Assembly: GCA_045590715.1 (NCBI GenBank)
Contig: JAZNRO010000049.1
Coordinates: 1,853 to 65,852, forward strand
DNA length: 64,000 nt
Origin: Eubacteriales bacterium
GTDB taxonomy: Bacteria; Bacillota; Clostridia; Oscillospirales; SIG627
Reading direction: 5' to 3'
Shown: piece by piece, positions 46,726-55,343 of the stretch
Layout: every line of letters begins with the position of its first letter
Numbering within the stretch: position 1 is the stretch's first letter
Notes under the pieces: generated by a model
Database searches by the model: none
What the model was told of the DNA's origin: nothing
The model's input: only the letters and a program-made list of their open reading frames with translations
Position numbers and translations under genes: made by a program

Positions 46726-47502
46726 TTATAATTTTGCGTACATTTCCTTTTTGCGCCCGTTTAAGTAAATAACAGGCGTGTCTTTGCTGTTTGGTTTAAA
46801 TTCTTGCGCCTCGCCATAGCCACCGTAATTTAGGTTGCTTGACGTGTTCACGAATAACTTTGTTACATTCTGTACCGTTGAGCTACATAAATCAGTACGG
46901 AAAAAGCCCTGTTTCATAATCATACCTAGGTGGGTGTGAGAATGAATGTAGATATCCGCGTCAACGATACTCGCCATATCGGCCAGACGTATTGCTTTCG
47001 CGCCTTCTTTGCGCCCGCCACCGCTACCGTGGTTACAGTAGATCGTGTATAACGCTGGTCTATAATTTTCGTGAGACGACATTTTGCCAAAGCGCAGAAA
47101 CAACAGCGCAGACGTAGGAGAGTAGATATCCCCAAGGCCTAATTGCATAGCCACCAGCTTGGAAATGTCGATACCCTCTTTTCTGTATGTCCTGTTCTCG
47201 TGGTTTCCGTTTGTAACACACAGGATTTTGTCCTTTATTGGTGTAAACAGTTCCACGCCTTGCTGGATCTGGCCCATAATGTTAAATTCTCGCGCCTCAA
47301 TGTCGCCGATACTGCTACGGCTGGCGTTGTCTAAAATGTCGCCGTTTAGTATGCAGTAGGCGCTCGGCGTTTCAGCCACGTATTTTATACGTTCTTTCAG
47401 CCTTGCTATGTCGCTATTGTCGTCGCCGATATGTTCATCTGCGAACGTGTGCAACTCCAGCTGTGCCAAGTCTTTTGATAGCGTCGTTTTTATTACTTTC
47501 AT
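46726..47502 (-). CDS. Calcineurin-like metallophosphoesterase (moron inside the head module)
   Basis: 258 aa from ATG 47502. Motifs: FADEHIGD (DxH), NGDILDN (GDxxDN), GNHENR, NHGSGGG, IHSHTH. Flanked by hairpin terminators. Confidence 0.75.
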   Translation of the reverse strand: MKVIKTTLSKDLAQLELHTFADEHIGDDNSDIARLKERIKYVAETPSAYCILNGDILDNASRSSIGDIEAREFNIMGQIQQGVELFTPIKDKILCVTNGNHENRTYRKEGIDISKLVAMQLGLGDIYSPTSALLFLRFGKMSSHENYRPALYTIYCNHGSGGGRKEGAKAIRLADMASIVDADIYIHSHTHLGMIMKQGFFRTDLCSSTVQNVTKLFVNTSSNLNYGGYGEAQEFKPNSKDTPVIYLNGRKKEMYAKL

Positions 47503-47587
47503 GTAGTCCTCGTATGAATGTATGAAAAAAGCACCCCGCAATAAGCGACGTGCTTTAGTCAATGTAATTATTTAATTGTGAGCTATG

Positions 47588-47779
47588 TTAATTAGCGTCA
47601 TAGATAGCGTCGTATAGCCGTTCTATTACCCTAAAATCGTCCGTAGGCTCGTTTTGCTTATCCAAATAGTCGGTCATAACCAAGTCGATTTCTATAAGCA
47701 AATCGCCGAGAGATAAGCCCTTATACGGTATATTGTATTTTTCCAACAGTTCGATCTGCTCTGGTGTTAACTTAACCAT
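47588..47779 (-). CDS. Small acidic protein (63 aa) immediately downstream of the MuF gene
   Basis: Intact ORF, 9-nt gap from the MuF stop, followed by a hairpin terminator. Confidence 0.55.
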   Translation of the reverse strand: MVKLTPEQIELLEKYNIPYKGLSLGDLLIEIDLVMTDYLDKQNEPTDDFRVIERLYDAIYDAN

Positions 47780-47788
47780 TATAACCTC

Positions 47789-49342
47789 CTATTTTTTGTG
47801 CGGGTTTACTTGGATCAGTTCCCCTGTTTTTGGGTTAATTGATACAATATTATTCTCCCCATAGACTTTCACGCTGTCGCCTTTTACAACGCGCCTTGCC
47901 GATTTATTAAGCAATGTTTTTTTGATATCGGGTATATCTACACCGTTTCTCTTTTTCTCAACGCTACCGAATACACGGTCGATAAAATGGAAAGAATGGT
48001 CTTTTACTTTGATACCGTTAACTGTTTCGATCCCGTTTAGTTCGACGTGTAGCATTTTATCATAGTCGCGGTATAGATCATAGCCAACTAACGGGGATAA
48101 ATCGCCGTTGGATATTGACATGTCATAGTGGCGCTTTAGACGATACGAATACTTTGTATCAGCCCATGCGCCGTCGTTATTATACTTGATTTTCCTAAAA
48201 TTGTCAAATGTTCCGACGTTTTCCTTGCCGAGACGTTCCACATAGCGTGCATATTGCTTTTTATCGGCTGACATATTTCCCGCCACTTTGTAGGCTTTAT
48301 CTACTTCGGCTTGGCCGTGTTCCTTAACTTTGGAATTGTACCAGTCCTTGTAAGACATATTTCCGATAACTTCGTTTTTGCCTGTAACGGGGTTTTTGGC
48401 GCGTCTTTTCAGCGTCTTTTCGATTTCCTCGCCCATATAGGCCCTTGTCTTGCTTCGGCAGTTCGGGTGTAACGGTGGGAAATTTTTACCCACCTCGCGC
48501 TCTTTGAGAGGAATTACCTCGCCGTCCGTCTCTTGGCAGATCGTACTTGTGTGGGTGTCTAACGTAGCCAAAAAAACGTACTGATCCATTTCCATTTCCT
48601 CATAGGCCATAGCGTCGGCCTCGTTATTGAAATGGTTTGTCTCGGTGCGTACCAGCCGATCGGCGTAGTATTTAGCAACGTCGAAACGCTCACGGATCTG
48701 TCTGGACGTTTTGGCTATGCTTTGTCCGCTTATCATAGCACCGCCGATGATCTCGCTTAAACTCTCGGCCAGTATATCGGTGTTACCCCATATACGCTGG
48801 CTGTAATTCTTACCGCTCCACTTTTCATTGAGTAGAGCAGTCGTCATATTGTCGTCGATCTTGGAAAAAGCAAAGTCTAGGCCCGTCCCCATTTGCACGT
48901 CGTATATAGTCTTATAATAAGACTCGTGTACAACGCCCTTATAATGCTCTGTGTGGGCCCGTTGCTCTTGGGGGTATAATTCCTTTGCCTTTGCATATAC
49001 TTGCGCTTGTAGGCGTTCTAGGCGCGATATACGGGCTTTGTAATTGTCTTTAACGTACTGATCCAGCCCTTGGCGTTTTAATTCTTCCCACAGCTTGGCT
49101 GTTTCGCTCTTTGTGAGTAGTATTTTAAGACTTTGCACGTCTAGGCCCGTTGCTTTGGAATAATTCGCGTATATGTTCTCCAGATCACGCTGTATATTAC
49201 GCTGGGCTTGGTCGTACATTTTGTGAATACGGGCCATATACGCCTCGCTCTGCTTTTCAGCGTCGGTGAGGCGTTTTATTGCTCGTTCGTCCCAGTATTT
49301 GTCGTTCTGTTCTACTGCTTTTTCAAGCGGGGTTTTAGCCAT
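47789..49342 (-). CDS. Head morphogenesis protein (SPP1 gp7 / Mu F family) with about 200-aa C-terminal extension
   Basis: 517 aa. MuF core RLVRTETNHFNNEA...LATLDTHTSTICQETDG...PPLHPNCRSKT around aa 215-305. A further about 200 aa of unrelated sequence follows. Confidence 0.8.
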   Translation of the reverse strand: MAKTPLEKAVEQNDKYWDERAIKRLTDAEKQSEAYMARIHKMYDQAQRNIQRDLENIYANYSKATGLDVQSLKILLTKSETAKLWEELKRQGLDQYVKDNYKARISRLERLQAQVYAKAKELYPQEQRAHTEHYKGVVHESYYKTIYDVQMGTGLDFAFSKIDDNMTTALLNEKWSGKNYSQRIWGNTDILAESLSEIIGGAMISGQSIAKTSRQIRERFDVAKYYADRLVRTETNHFNNEADAMAYEEMEMDQYVFLATLDTHTSTICQETDGEVIPLKEREVGKNFPPLHPNCRSKTRAYMGEEIEKTLKRRAKNPVTGKNEVIGNMSYKDWYNSKVKEHGQAEVDKAYKVAGNMSADKKQYARYVERLGKENVGTFDNFRKIKYNNDGAWADTKYSYRLKRHYDMSISNGDLSPLVGYDLYRDYDKMLHVELNGIETVNGIKVKDHSFHFIDRVFGSVEKKRNGVDIPDIKKTLLNKSARRVVKGDSVKVYGENNIVSINPKTGELIQVNPHKK

Positions 49343-49355
49343 AGACTACACCCCC

Positions 49356-50747
49356 TTATTCTTCTGTTTCTTCTTCCTCGGTTACCTTGGTTTCCTCGGT
49401 TTCTTCTGCCTCTGCGTTTGCGTCGAGCATTTCGTTGGCACCGAACGCGTCATCATAGGTGGGTTTTGGCTTGCTTTCGTTCTCTTTGGCTTTCAGTTCT
49501 ACGATCTCGCTGGCGTCCTTGATAAAGGAAAGCTGGGAGATTAAGGTTTCAGCGTCCACAAAGTCAGCCAAATTGTTAATCATTTGTGAAATTTCAAAGT
49601 CATTAGAGGGAAGGTTGCGCTTAAATACCGCGTCCACCTCTTCAACGGGTACCAGAGCCATTTTAGACTGGGTAAACAGGAAATTGTTATACAGTTTGAA
49701 CCGCTCCATAAGGCCCTTTTCCATATAACGCTCTTTGTTTTTGATATTCTGCTCAAACGCAAGGAGCTTATAACGGATAGCCACGCCAGAGGAATTACCT
49801 ACAAAGTTAGCGTCGCTCATATTGGGTACCATAGAAATTTTATGGATATCGTTCTCGATATTCTGGCGTAAGATATCTACGTCGCCCTCTTGGAGAGTCT
49901 TAATAAGGTATTCCACCTTACCGTCTACGGGCAGATTTGCCAGCATACGGCTTTCACGTAGCATGTCGGCCTGTTCTGCGTCAAAGTCCATGCCGTACAG
50001 GCACAGGATAGCGTCTACGAGCTGTTCCTTGTCGTTGATACGGTCGCTCTGGAGTAGGTTGTATGCGTCAATAAGACTGATTACTGTCTCAAAATCGCCT
50101 AAAAATTCGGGGTTATTCTTATAACAGATAATCGGTACGTCGCCGAAAGCGTGAGGCTCGTCTTTTCCTTCTTGCTGGAGGCTCTTTGAGAATGATTTAT
50201 ATACGCGCTTGATCTGCTTGTCTACGTAGATAATCTCCCAATACTTAAAAGTGGCCCCTTCAAAGATCGGTCTATAAATAAGGCCGAAGAGTTTGTTATG
50301 TTCCACCGTGTCGTCGTACACGATGATAGTGTTCTTGTTATCGGTTTCACAGCTTTTAGGCTCCGCGTTTTCATTCGCGTAAACATATTCATACTGCAAA
50401 CCGAAAATAGACACGTCTTTAGCGATCTCACTATCCAGATCGTTAATGGTCTGCTTTTTGTATGCGTCCAGCAGAGGCTCGATATCGTGGCCGTTGCTGG
50501 CTTGATAGTCCACAGGGTTACCCAGTAAATATCCCACATTGGTATCGGTAATATACTTTGCGTGGTTTACCATTACCTTGTTATTGCTTAATCTGTCGTC
50601 TTTGCTACGGTCAAAAATACCGTGTTTGCCAAGATAATAGCGCTCCAGCAATTCAAACCGTTCCTTGTTGCGTTCGTTGTAGTCGATCACGTCATTTAAT
50701 ACTTGATTTGTGATCGGCGTATCCTTTGGTAAAGTATACATTTTCAC
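49356..50747 (-). CDS. Portal protein (SPP1 gp6-like)
   Basis: 463 aa, acidic C-terminus. Sits between the large terminase and MuF. N-terminus ...RFELLERYYLGKHGI is typical. Confidence 0.85.
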   Translation of the reverse strand: MKMYTLPKDTPITNQVLNDVIDYNERNKERFELLERYYLGKHGIFDRSKDDRLSNNKVMVNHAKYITDTNVGYLLGNPVDYQASNGHDIEPLLDAYKKQTINDLDSEIAKDVSIFGLQYEYVYANENAEPKSCETDNKNTIIVYDDTVEHNKLFGLIYRPIFEGATFKYWEIIYVDKQIKRVYKSFSKSLQQEGKDEPHAFGDVPIICYKNNPEFLGDFETVISLIDAYNLLQSDRINDKEQLVDAILCLYGMDFDAEQADMLRESRMLANLPVDGKVEYLIKTLQEGDVDILRQNIENDIHKISMVPNMSDANFVGNSSGVAIRYKLLAFEQNIKNKERYMEKGLMERFKLYNNFLFTQSKMALVPVEEVDAVFKRNLPSNDFEISQMINNLADFVDAETLISQLSFIKDASEIVELKAKENESKPKPTYDDAFGANEMLDANAEAEETEETKVTEEEETEE

Positions 50748-50750
50748 CTC

Positions 50751-51977
50751 TTACAAGCCTCTCGGTTTCTTGACCACCGTAGGCGTTTTTACTCCTTTGA
50801 TATATTTATTTAGGCCGTACCGTAGAGCGTCGATCGTGTGGTTAAAGGTATCTACTGGCTCGTTGATATACTCGCCTGTCTTTTTATCCTTCTGCCACGT
50901 GTAATTTTCCAGTTCTTCGCACACCTTAAAGCACCGCTCGTCCACAATGAGATCATACTGCTGTATCCATTGGATACCATGTATTACGCTGTCCTTGCCT
51001 TTTTCGGTGGGATCAATGTTTACGCCCTTGTCCCGTATCTCGTCAATAGACTTGCGCTCTGCGCAGTCGCCGTATGATTTATCCTTGTGTAGCCCTAGAT
51101 CGGTCATTGTTTCGGCTATTTCGTTATTCTTCATACCGCGCTTTACGTATTCCCCTGTAACGTATATACGCTTTCTGGCGGTATCTATATAGCCCCATAC
51201 AATCGCCGAAGGGTCGTTGATATAACCAAAGTCCAGCCCGATCCAGCGCTTTAGCCCCTCTACGTCTGCCTCGCTTACAATTTTGGTGGTATACACAGGG
51301 AATACCAGTTTATCCAGCGTGGCAAATTCACCGAGGCAATATATACGGTAATATGCTGGGTTACGGTCTTTCAACCGTTCCAGTTCCTCGCGGTATTCAT
51401 CGGATAGAAACTTATTGTCTTGGTATGTGGTTTTTACTACCTTAACGTTGAAGGGGAGAGCCCGCACAAAAAAGTAGTCATATACCCAGTTCTTTTTGCT
51501 GATCGGATTAAACATTAAGTAGATCTGTAAGTGATCCACCAAAGCACGCAGACGCAAATTGAGCTGTGTGAAGTCGTCCTCGGTTAGTTCGGTAGCCTCC
51601 TCAATTACGATATCCGTTATACCGTCAATAGACTTAATCTTTTCTGGGTCGTCTAGGCCCTTGAAAATAAAAACAGAGCCATTAGGCAACTCTATTTCAA
51701 AGTCGCTCCTGTTGACTCTGCAAGCGTCGTAAAAACCGCTAGCGTGTAAATGGGATATAAGCAACGCCCATATACTATCCTTGATCGTGCGCTGGATCTT
51801 ACGAATAACAAGCACCTTGCGACGGTACTTTAACGCCTTTAGTAATATCTTTTGTGTAGCGCCGAATGACTTACCACTACCAGCGCCACCGTAGTATACC
51901 TCAATACGTTTTGAGTAATCGTCAATGCTTTGGTATATCCAGTCGTTAAAGACAGCGGGGTTTAGTTTCTTTGCCAT
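50751..51977 (-). CDS. Terminase large subunit (PBSX-like family)
   Basis: 408 aa. Walker A YYGGAGSGKSF, Walker B-like DIVIEEATE. C-terminal nuclease half. Confidence 0.9.
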   Translation of the reverse strand: MAKKLNPAVFNDWIYQSIDDYSKRIEVYYGGAGSGKSFGATQKILLKALKYRRKVLVIRKIQRTIKDSIWALLISHLHASGFYDACRVNRSDFEIELPNGSVFIFKGLDDPEKIKSIDGITDIVIEEATELTEDDFTQLNLRLRALVDHLQIYLMFNPISKKNWVYDYFFVRALPFNVKVVKTTYQDNKFLSDEYREELERLKDRNPAYYRIYCLGEFATLDKLVFPVYTTKIVSEADVEGLKRWIGLDFGYINDPSAIVWGYIDTARKRIYVTGEYVKRGMKNNEIAETMTDLGLHKDKSYGDCAERKSIDEIRDKGVNIDPTEKGKDSVIHGIQWIQQYDLIVDERCFKVCEELENYTWQKDKKTGEYINEPVDTFNHTIDALRYGLNKYIKGVKTPTVVKKPRGL

Positions 51978-52306
51978 TACTTAAACCAGTCGCTCTCTAC
52001 GACCTTTACCTCTTGTTTTTCGGTAGGTTTCTCGCCGATCGTATCGCGTACCAGTTCAAACACTTTAGGATCGCCAGCCATAAATTTGGCCATAAGCGCC
52101 TCTATGCCCTTGTCCTGTACCGTCTGCTTTGTTTCATCATCGGCCATAATAGTAAGCGCCTCTTTTAGTGCCTCTTTGAAAGCCTTGCGCTTCCTTTTTG
52201 ATATTGCCCCAGCCTTACCGCCTTTTGACTGTACCGCTTTTTTCTTTTCTGGCTCCATTTTATCGAAAGGCGTTAAGTTCTGCGGGTTTCCTTTAGGATT
52301 AGCCAC
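51977..52306 (-). CDS. Putative terminase small subunit
   Basis: 109 aa. MANPKGNPQNL...KGGKAGAISKRKRK basic N-terminus. 1-nt overlap with terL. Confidence 0.55.
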   Translation of the reverse strand: MANPKGNPQNLTPFDKMEPEKKKAVQSKGGKAGAISKRKRKAFKEALKEALTIMADDETKQTVQDKGIEALMAKFMAGDPKVFELVRDTIGEKPTEKQEVKVVESDWFK

Positions 52307-52326
52307 GTTAACACCTCCTTTTGCTG

Positions 52327-52461
52327 TTATGCCTTTTTGGGCTTTTCGGTCTTTTCGGGCTTGGGCTCCTTAACCACGATCTGGTACTTGGTACCGTAGA
52401 GGGTAATAAATACTTTACCGTTCTTATCGGGGGTTACCTCAATTACGTGTGCGTTATTCAT
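52327..52461 (-). CDS. Small phage protein (44 aa), first gene of the late transcript
   Basis: Translated by hand: MNNAHVIEVTPDKNGKVFITLYGTKYQIVVKEPKPEKTEKPKKA. Strong RBS AAAGGAGG. Confidence 0.55.
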   Translation of the reverse strand: MNNAHVIEVTPDKNGKVFITLYGTKYQIVVKEPKPEKTEKPKKA

Positions 52462-52478
52462 AAACAATACCTCCTTTG

Positions 52479-52514
52479 CAAAAACAAAAGGCCACCCGTT
52501 TCCGAGTAGCCTTT
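52479..52514 (-). terminator. Intrinsic terminator in the leader of the late operon
   Basis: Minus strand: AAAGGCUACUCG-GAAA-CGGGUGGCCUUU (12 pairs including 2 G-U), followed by UGUUUUUG. Confidence 0.65.
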
Positions 52515-52527
52515 CTTTACATTTTGG

Positions 52528-52536
52528 ATTATATCA
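52528..52536 (-). promoter_or_regulatory. Extended -10 promoter (TGaTATAAT) just upstream of the leader terminator
   Basis: Minus strand reads cttgTGaTATAATcc, overlapping the stop codon of the 166-aa regulator gene. The -35 is weak. Confidence 0.45.
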
Positions 52537-53029
52537 CAAGATTTACTGTACTTTCACTATACTTTTGCAAAGTTCTTAAATCTTTTTTTATTTTGCTGTA
52601 ATGATATTTCCAGATCGTCTGATCGTCCCTATTGAAACGCTCTGCAATAGCACTCACGGCCCTTGAAACGCGAATACCTTTTACAGCGATCTCATAAAAT
52701 AAATCATACTCAATACCGCTCATTTTGCCCAGGGTATCGTTCATAAGGTTTAAGTACTGCTGTAAATTATCCACGATCTCCCGCTGGTATTCGATCTCTT
52801 GCGCAAGGCTCATTCCTGTACCGATATCCACCTCGTGCAGTTCGTGTACGTAGTCGGCCATTTTGTCATTGTTGCGCTGTCCTCCGCTTACCACGTCCTC
52901 TTTGATCGTTTGCGTCATGGGGAAGTACTTACAGTATAGTTTTTCTTTCCGATCCATTAGGAGATTAAGGCGCGCCTTTGCCATTTCCAGCTCGCATTTA
53001 GTGTTCGTGTAAGTCCTTATCGTTTCCAT
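52529..53029 (-). CDS. Putative late-gene transcriptional regulator (sigma-70 region-4-like / ArpU-RinA-DUF1492-type HTH)
   Basis: 166 aa. Last gene before the packaging module. C-terminus ...IEYDLFYEIAVKGIRVSRAVSAIAERFNRDDQTIWKY is HTH-like. Confidence 0.5.
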   Translation of the reverse strand: METIRTYTNTKCELEMAKARLNLLMDRKEKLYCKYFPMTQTIKEDVVSGGQRNNDKMADYVHELHEVDIGTGMSLAQEIEYQREIVDNLQQYLNLMNDTLGKMSGIEYDLFYEIAVKGIRVSRAVSAIAERFNRDDQTIWKYHYSKIKKDLRTLQKYSESTVNLVI

Positions 53030-53195
53030 AGTTCAACTCCTTTTCTCTAGCCAGCCGTTCTCTTGCTTTCTTGCTTTCAACATAGGGTCGGAGCATTGCT
53101 TTGATTTTTCTTATCAAGCGCACCTTTTCTTTGCACTTTTGACACATTGCGGGACAGTCGGATTTCACACCGCAGTAAGCACAGTAGTATACCAT
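52998..53195 (-). CDS. Small zinc-ribbon protein
   Basis: 65 aa. CAYC...CPAMCQKC Cys pairs. Confidence 0.5.
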   Translation of the reverse strand: MVYYCAYCGVKSDCPAMCQKCKEKVRLIRKIKAMLRPYVESKKARERLAREKELNYGNDKDLHEH

Positions 53196-53412
53196 TTACT
53201 CGTCCCTCCCACTTGCAATAAGCACGCATAAGATTAAAAAACTGAAAATACCGCCTACAACACAGCCTAACAAAAAGTCCATTATTTTTTCTTTCCTTTC
53301 TTCTCCAGAATACGCTCTACGATGAGGATAATTCCCATCGCAATAAGAACAACTGCGGTAATTTGAGTAAGTACCAACAGCACACGAATTAGAATAAGAA
53401 AATCAATTACTG

Positions 53413-53613
53413 TCATTCCCCACACCCCATTTCTTTCTCAATCCGATATAACCTCGATTCCAGTTCTTTAATCTCATCTTCCAATTTGAGACTTTTTGAA
53501 TAAGCAAATAAGGAAAAAACACTTCCTGCCATCCACCACAAACCGCTGATGTTTTCATAATAAAAACCTGCACAAAAGCAAACAGCGGAACAAATCAGCA
53601 ACGCCACAATCAC
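53413..53613 (-). CDS. Small membrane protein (2 TM)
   Basis: 66 aa. Two further tiny TM ORFs (28 and 44 aa) can be read by hand at 53197..53416. Confidence 0.45.
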   Translation of the reverse strand: MIVALLICSAVCFCAGFYYENISGLWWMAGSVFSLFAYSKSLKLEDEIKELESRLYRIEKEMGCGE

Positions 53614-53993
53614 AACTCCACCCCCATTTCTTTTACTAATCGTTCAATATCGTCAAATGATAAAACAGACATGTCACCGCTTTTAGCGAGAAGTAAAAAC
53701 ATTTTCATCCTCTTGGCAAACTCTTTGATTGCTTCTGATCTGCCCATCCTTTTCGCAATCTCAACTTCCGCTTTTTGTCTTTCGCTCATTTCCTTGTAGA
53801 GTTCATCACAGTTTTTCTTCCATTCCTCAATCTCCGCATTTTTGCGGTTGATAAGGTCAAGTGCATATTGATATAATCTGTTCATACAATTCTGTCCCGT
53901 ATTCCACATAGGACAAGCGGGGCATTTTGTGTTTTGTGTGCAACACTCCAAAGCCTTCATAATCTCCTCTTCGGTCATTTTATTTTCGGTCAT
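53610..53993 (-). CDS. Phage hypothetical protein (Cys-rich N-terminus, coiled-coil)
   Basis: 127 aa. 4-nt overlaps on both sides indicate translational coupling. Confidence 0.55.
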   Translation of the reverse strand: MTENKMTEEEIMKALECCTQNTKCPACPMWNTGQNCMNRLYQYALDLINRKNAEIEEWKKNCDELYKEMSERQKAEVEIAKRMGRSEAIKEFAKRMKMFLLLAKSGDMSVLSFDDIERLVKEMGVEL

Positions 53994-54217
53994 TCTTTTA
54001 CCTCACACCTTCCGCTTTCTAAAAAGTTTACAAATTCTTGATAACAACCAGGGCATAAATCAATTCGTCGTCCAAAACTGCTTCTCGGTTCTCCAACTCT
54101 CCAAAGAGTAATTTTTGCTGAATACTCCTTTAGTTCATAAGTGGGGCAATAACACTCCATAGGGTTGATTATTTCTTTGCCACATCTATCACACACACAA
54201 GATGTTAATTTGCTCAT
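53990..54217 (-). CDS. Zinc-ribbon phage protein
   Basis: 75 aa. CVCDRCGK ... CPGC. Confidence 0.5.
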   Translation of the reverse strand: MSKLTSCVCDRCGKEIINPMECYCPTYELKEYSAKITLWRVGEPRSSFGRRIDLCPGCYQEFVNFLESGRCEVKE

Positions 54218-54384
54218 TCTCTACCACCCCCAAGAAAGGTATTTAGCATTTTCTTTTTCCAGGTCGGCTTTTCTTCCACAAGTCGCATACACTCCCGAAA
54301 GCCCTCGACATAGTCAGAGTTTTCGCCGTGCATTTTTACAAGATGATCGTATCTCTCCTTGATCTGTTCAAATTTTCCGTCCAT
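54214..54384 (-). CDS. Small phage protein (56 aa), below the ORF-track cut-off
   Basis: Translated by hand: MDGKFEQIKERYDHLVKMHGENSDYVEGFRECMRLVEEKPTWKKKMLNTFLGGGRE. ATGA overlap with the next gene. Confidence 0.45.
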   Translation of the reverse strand: MDGKFEQIKERYDHLVKMHGENSDYVEGFRECMRLVEEKPTWKKKMLNTFLGGGRE

Positions 54385-54385
54385 T

Positions 54386-54688
54386 TCATTCCTCCTTGAA
54401 TGATAAACATTTAGCTAGTTCTTTTATCCATACGGGATCTGTTTTGCATAGTTCGTGTTCCACAAATTCGGGACACCTATATACGTCGTATGAGTCGGCG
54501 GGAACGGTGCGAAGGCCGACGCCAGTTTGATAGACTCGCACGCCTACGCTTGTTTTTTTTGCTCTCCAGCCCTTTACGGGCTTTAAGCTCTTTGACCAGC
54601 TACACCCGCTTGTCGTTGCCTTTTGGCAATAAAAGCATAGTGTGGGGTGTTGGTAAGGCCCTTTTTTTCTCATTTCAAACCTCCCCAC
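54386..54688 (-). CDS. Phage hypothetical protein (Cys-rich)
   Basis: 100 aa ORF in the tightly packed early operon. Confidence 0.5.
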   Translation of the reverse strand: MGRFEMRKKGPYQHPTLCFYCQKATTSGCSWSKSLKPVKGWRAKKTSVGVRVYQTGVGLRTVPADSYDVYRCPEFVEHELCKTDPVWIKELAKCLSFKEE

Positions 54689-54932
54689 TTAACCACCGCA
54701 TACACCGATCAAACAGCGCCATTTTCAAGCATACCGCCTGTACCTTGTTTTTGACTGTTCTATCATTCTGGAGCATAAGCTCGGCCATTGTCATTGCCAC
54801 TTGTTCTATATCCATATCCTTTAGCTGGTCGTAGTTCGTGATATGCTTTGCGTAGCCTTTCTCAATACATACGCTGGCGCACTTGCCGTATTCTTTAAGC
54901 CACGAGCACTTTTCTTTTACGCACTTTTGCAT
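54675..54932 (-). CDS. Phage hypothetical protein
   Basis: 85 aa ORF, same operon. Confidence 0.5.
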   Translation of the reverse strand: MQKCVKEKCSWLKEYGKCASVCIEKGYAKHITNYDQLKDMDIEQVAMTMAELMLQNDRTVKNKVQAVCLKMALFDRCMRWLSGEV

Positions 54933-54943
54933 TTATCCACTCG

Positions 54944-55342
54944 TCAGCCCTCTAGTAAGGGCTGGCTTTTTCCTTTCAGTAAGTTTTCAATATTGCTGTA
55001 TTGTATGATCGTATCGTTGCGCTCGGTGTACTGCGCGGTGTGCGCCATAATGTACTGGTTTACCTTGCGCTCGTTTCCGTCGGCGATCGTCAATACATTT
55101 ACTGTTGCCTCGGCGTGCATATTCCGCAGTTCCTCGATCATGTCCGCAATGGTAGGCGGGAATTTTGAGCCTTTGACGAAATGATCCAGCGCTATTTCAA
55201 TAATTCCGTAGGGCGTTGCCTTGAAGGCACGGTGCCACATATTCACCGTGGCCAGCGTGGTATCGTTGTCTATACCCTTGTATGAGTTAGGGTAGGCCAG
55301 CTTAATCATAGCGAGGAGCTTTGCGCTTTCTTCCAGCGTCAT
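54944..55342 (-). CDS. G39P-like replicative helicase loader/inhibitor
   Basis: 132 aa. ...LLAMIKLAYPNSY....VNMWHRAF...P......AL......SKFPPTIADMIEEL matches the remembered SPP1 G39P-family pattern. Follows the replisome organizer. Confidence 0.6.
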   Translation of the reverse strand: MTLEESAKLLAMIKLAYPNSYKGIDNDTTLATVNMWHRAFKATPYGIIEIALDHFVKGSKFPPTIADMIEELRNMHAEATVNVLTIADGNERKVNQYIMAHTAQYTERNDTIIQYSNIENLLKGKSQPLLEG

Positions 55343-55343
55343 A

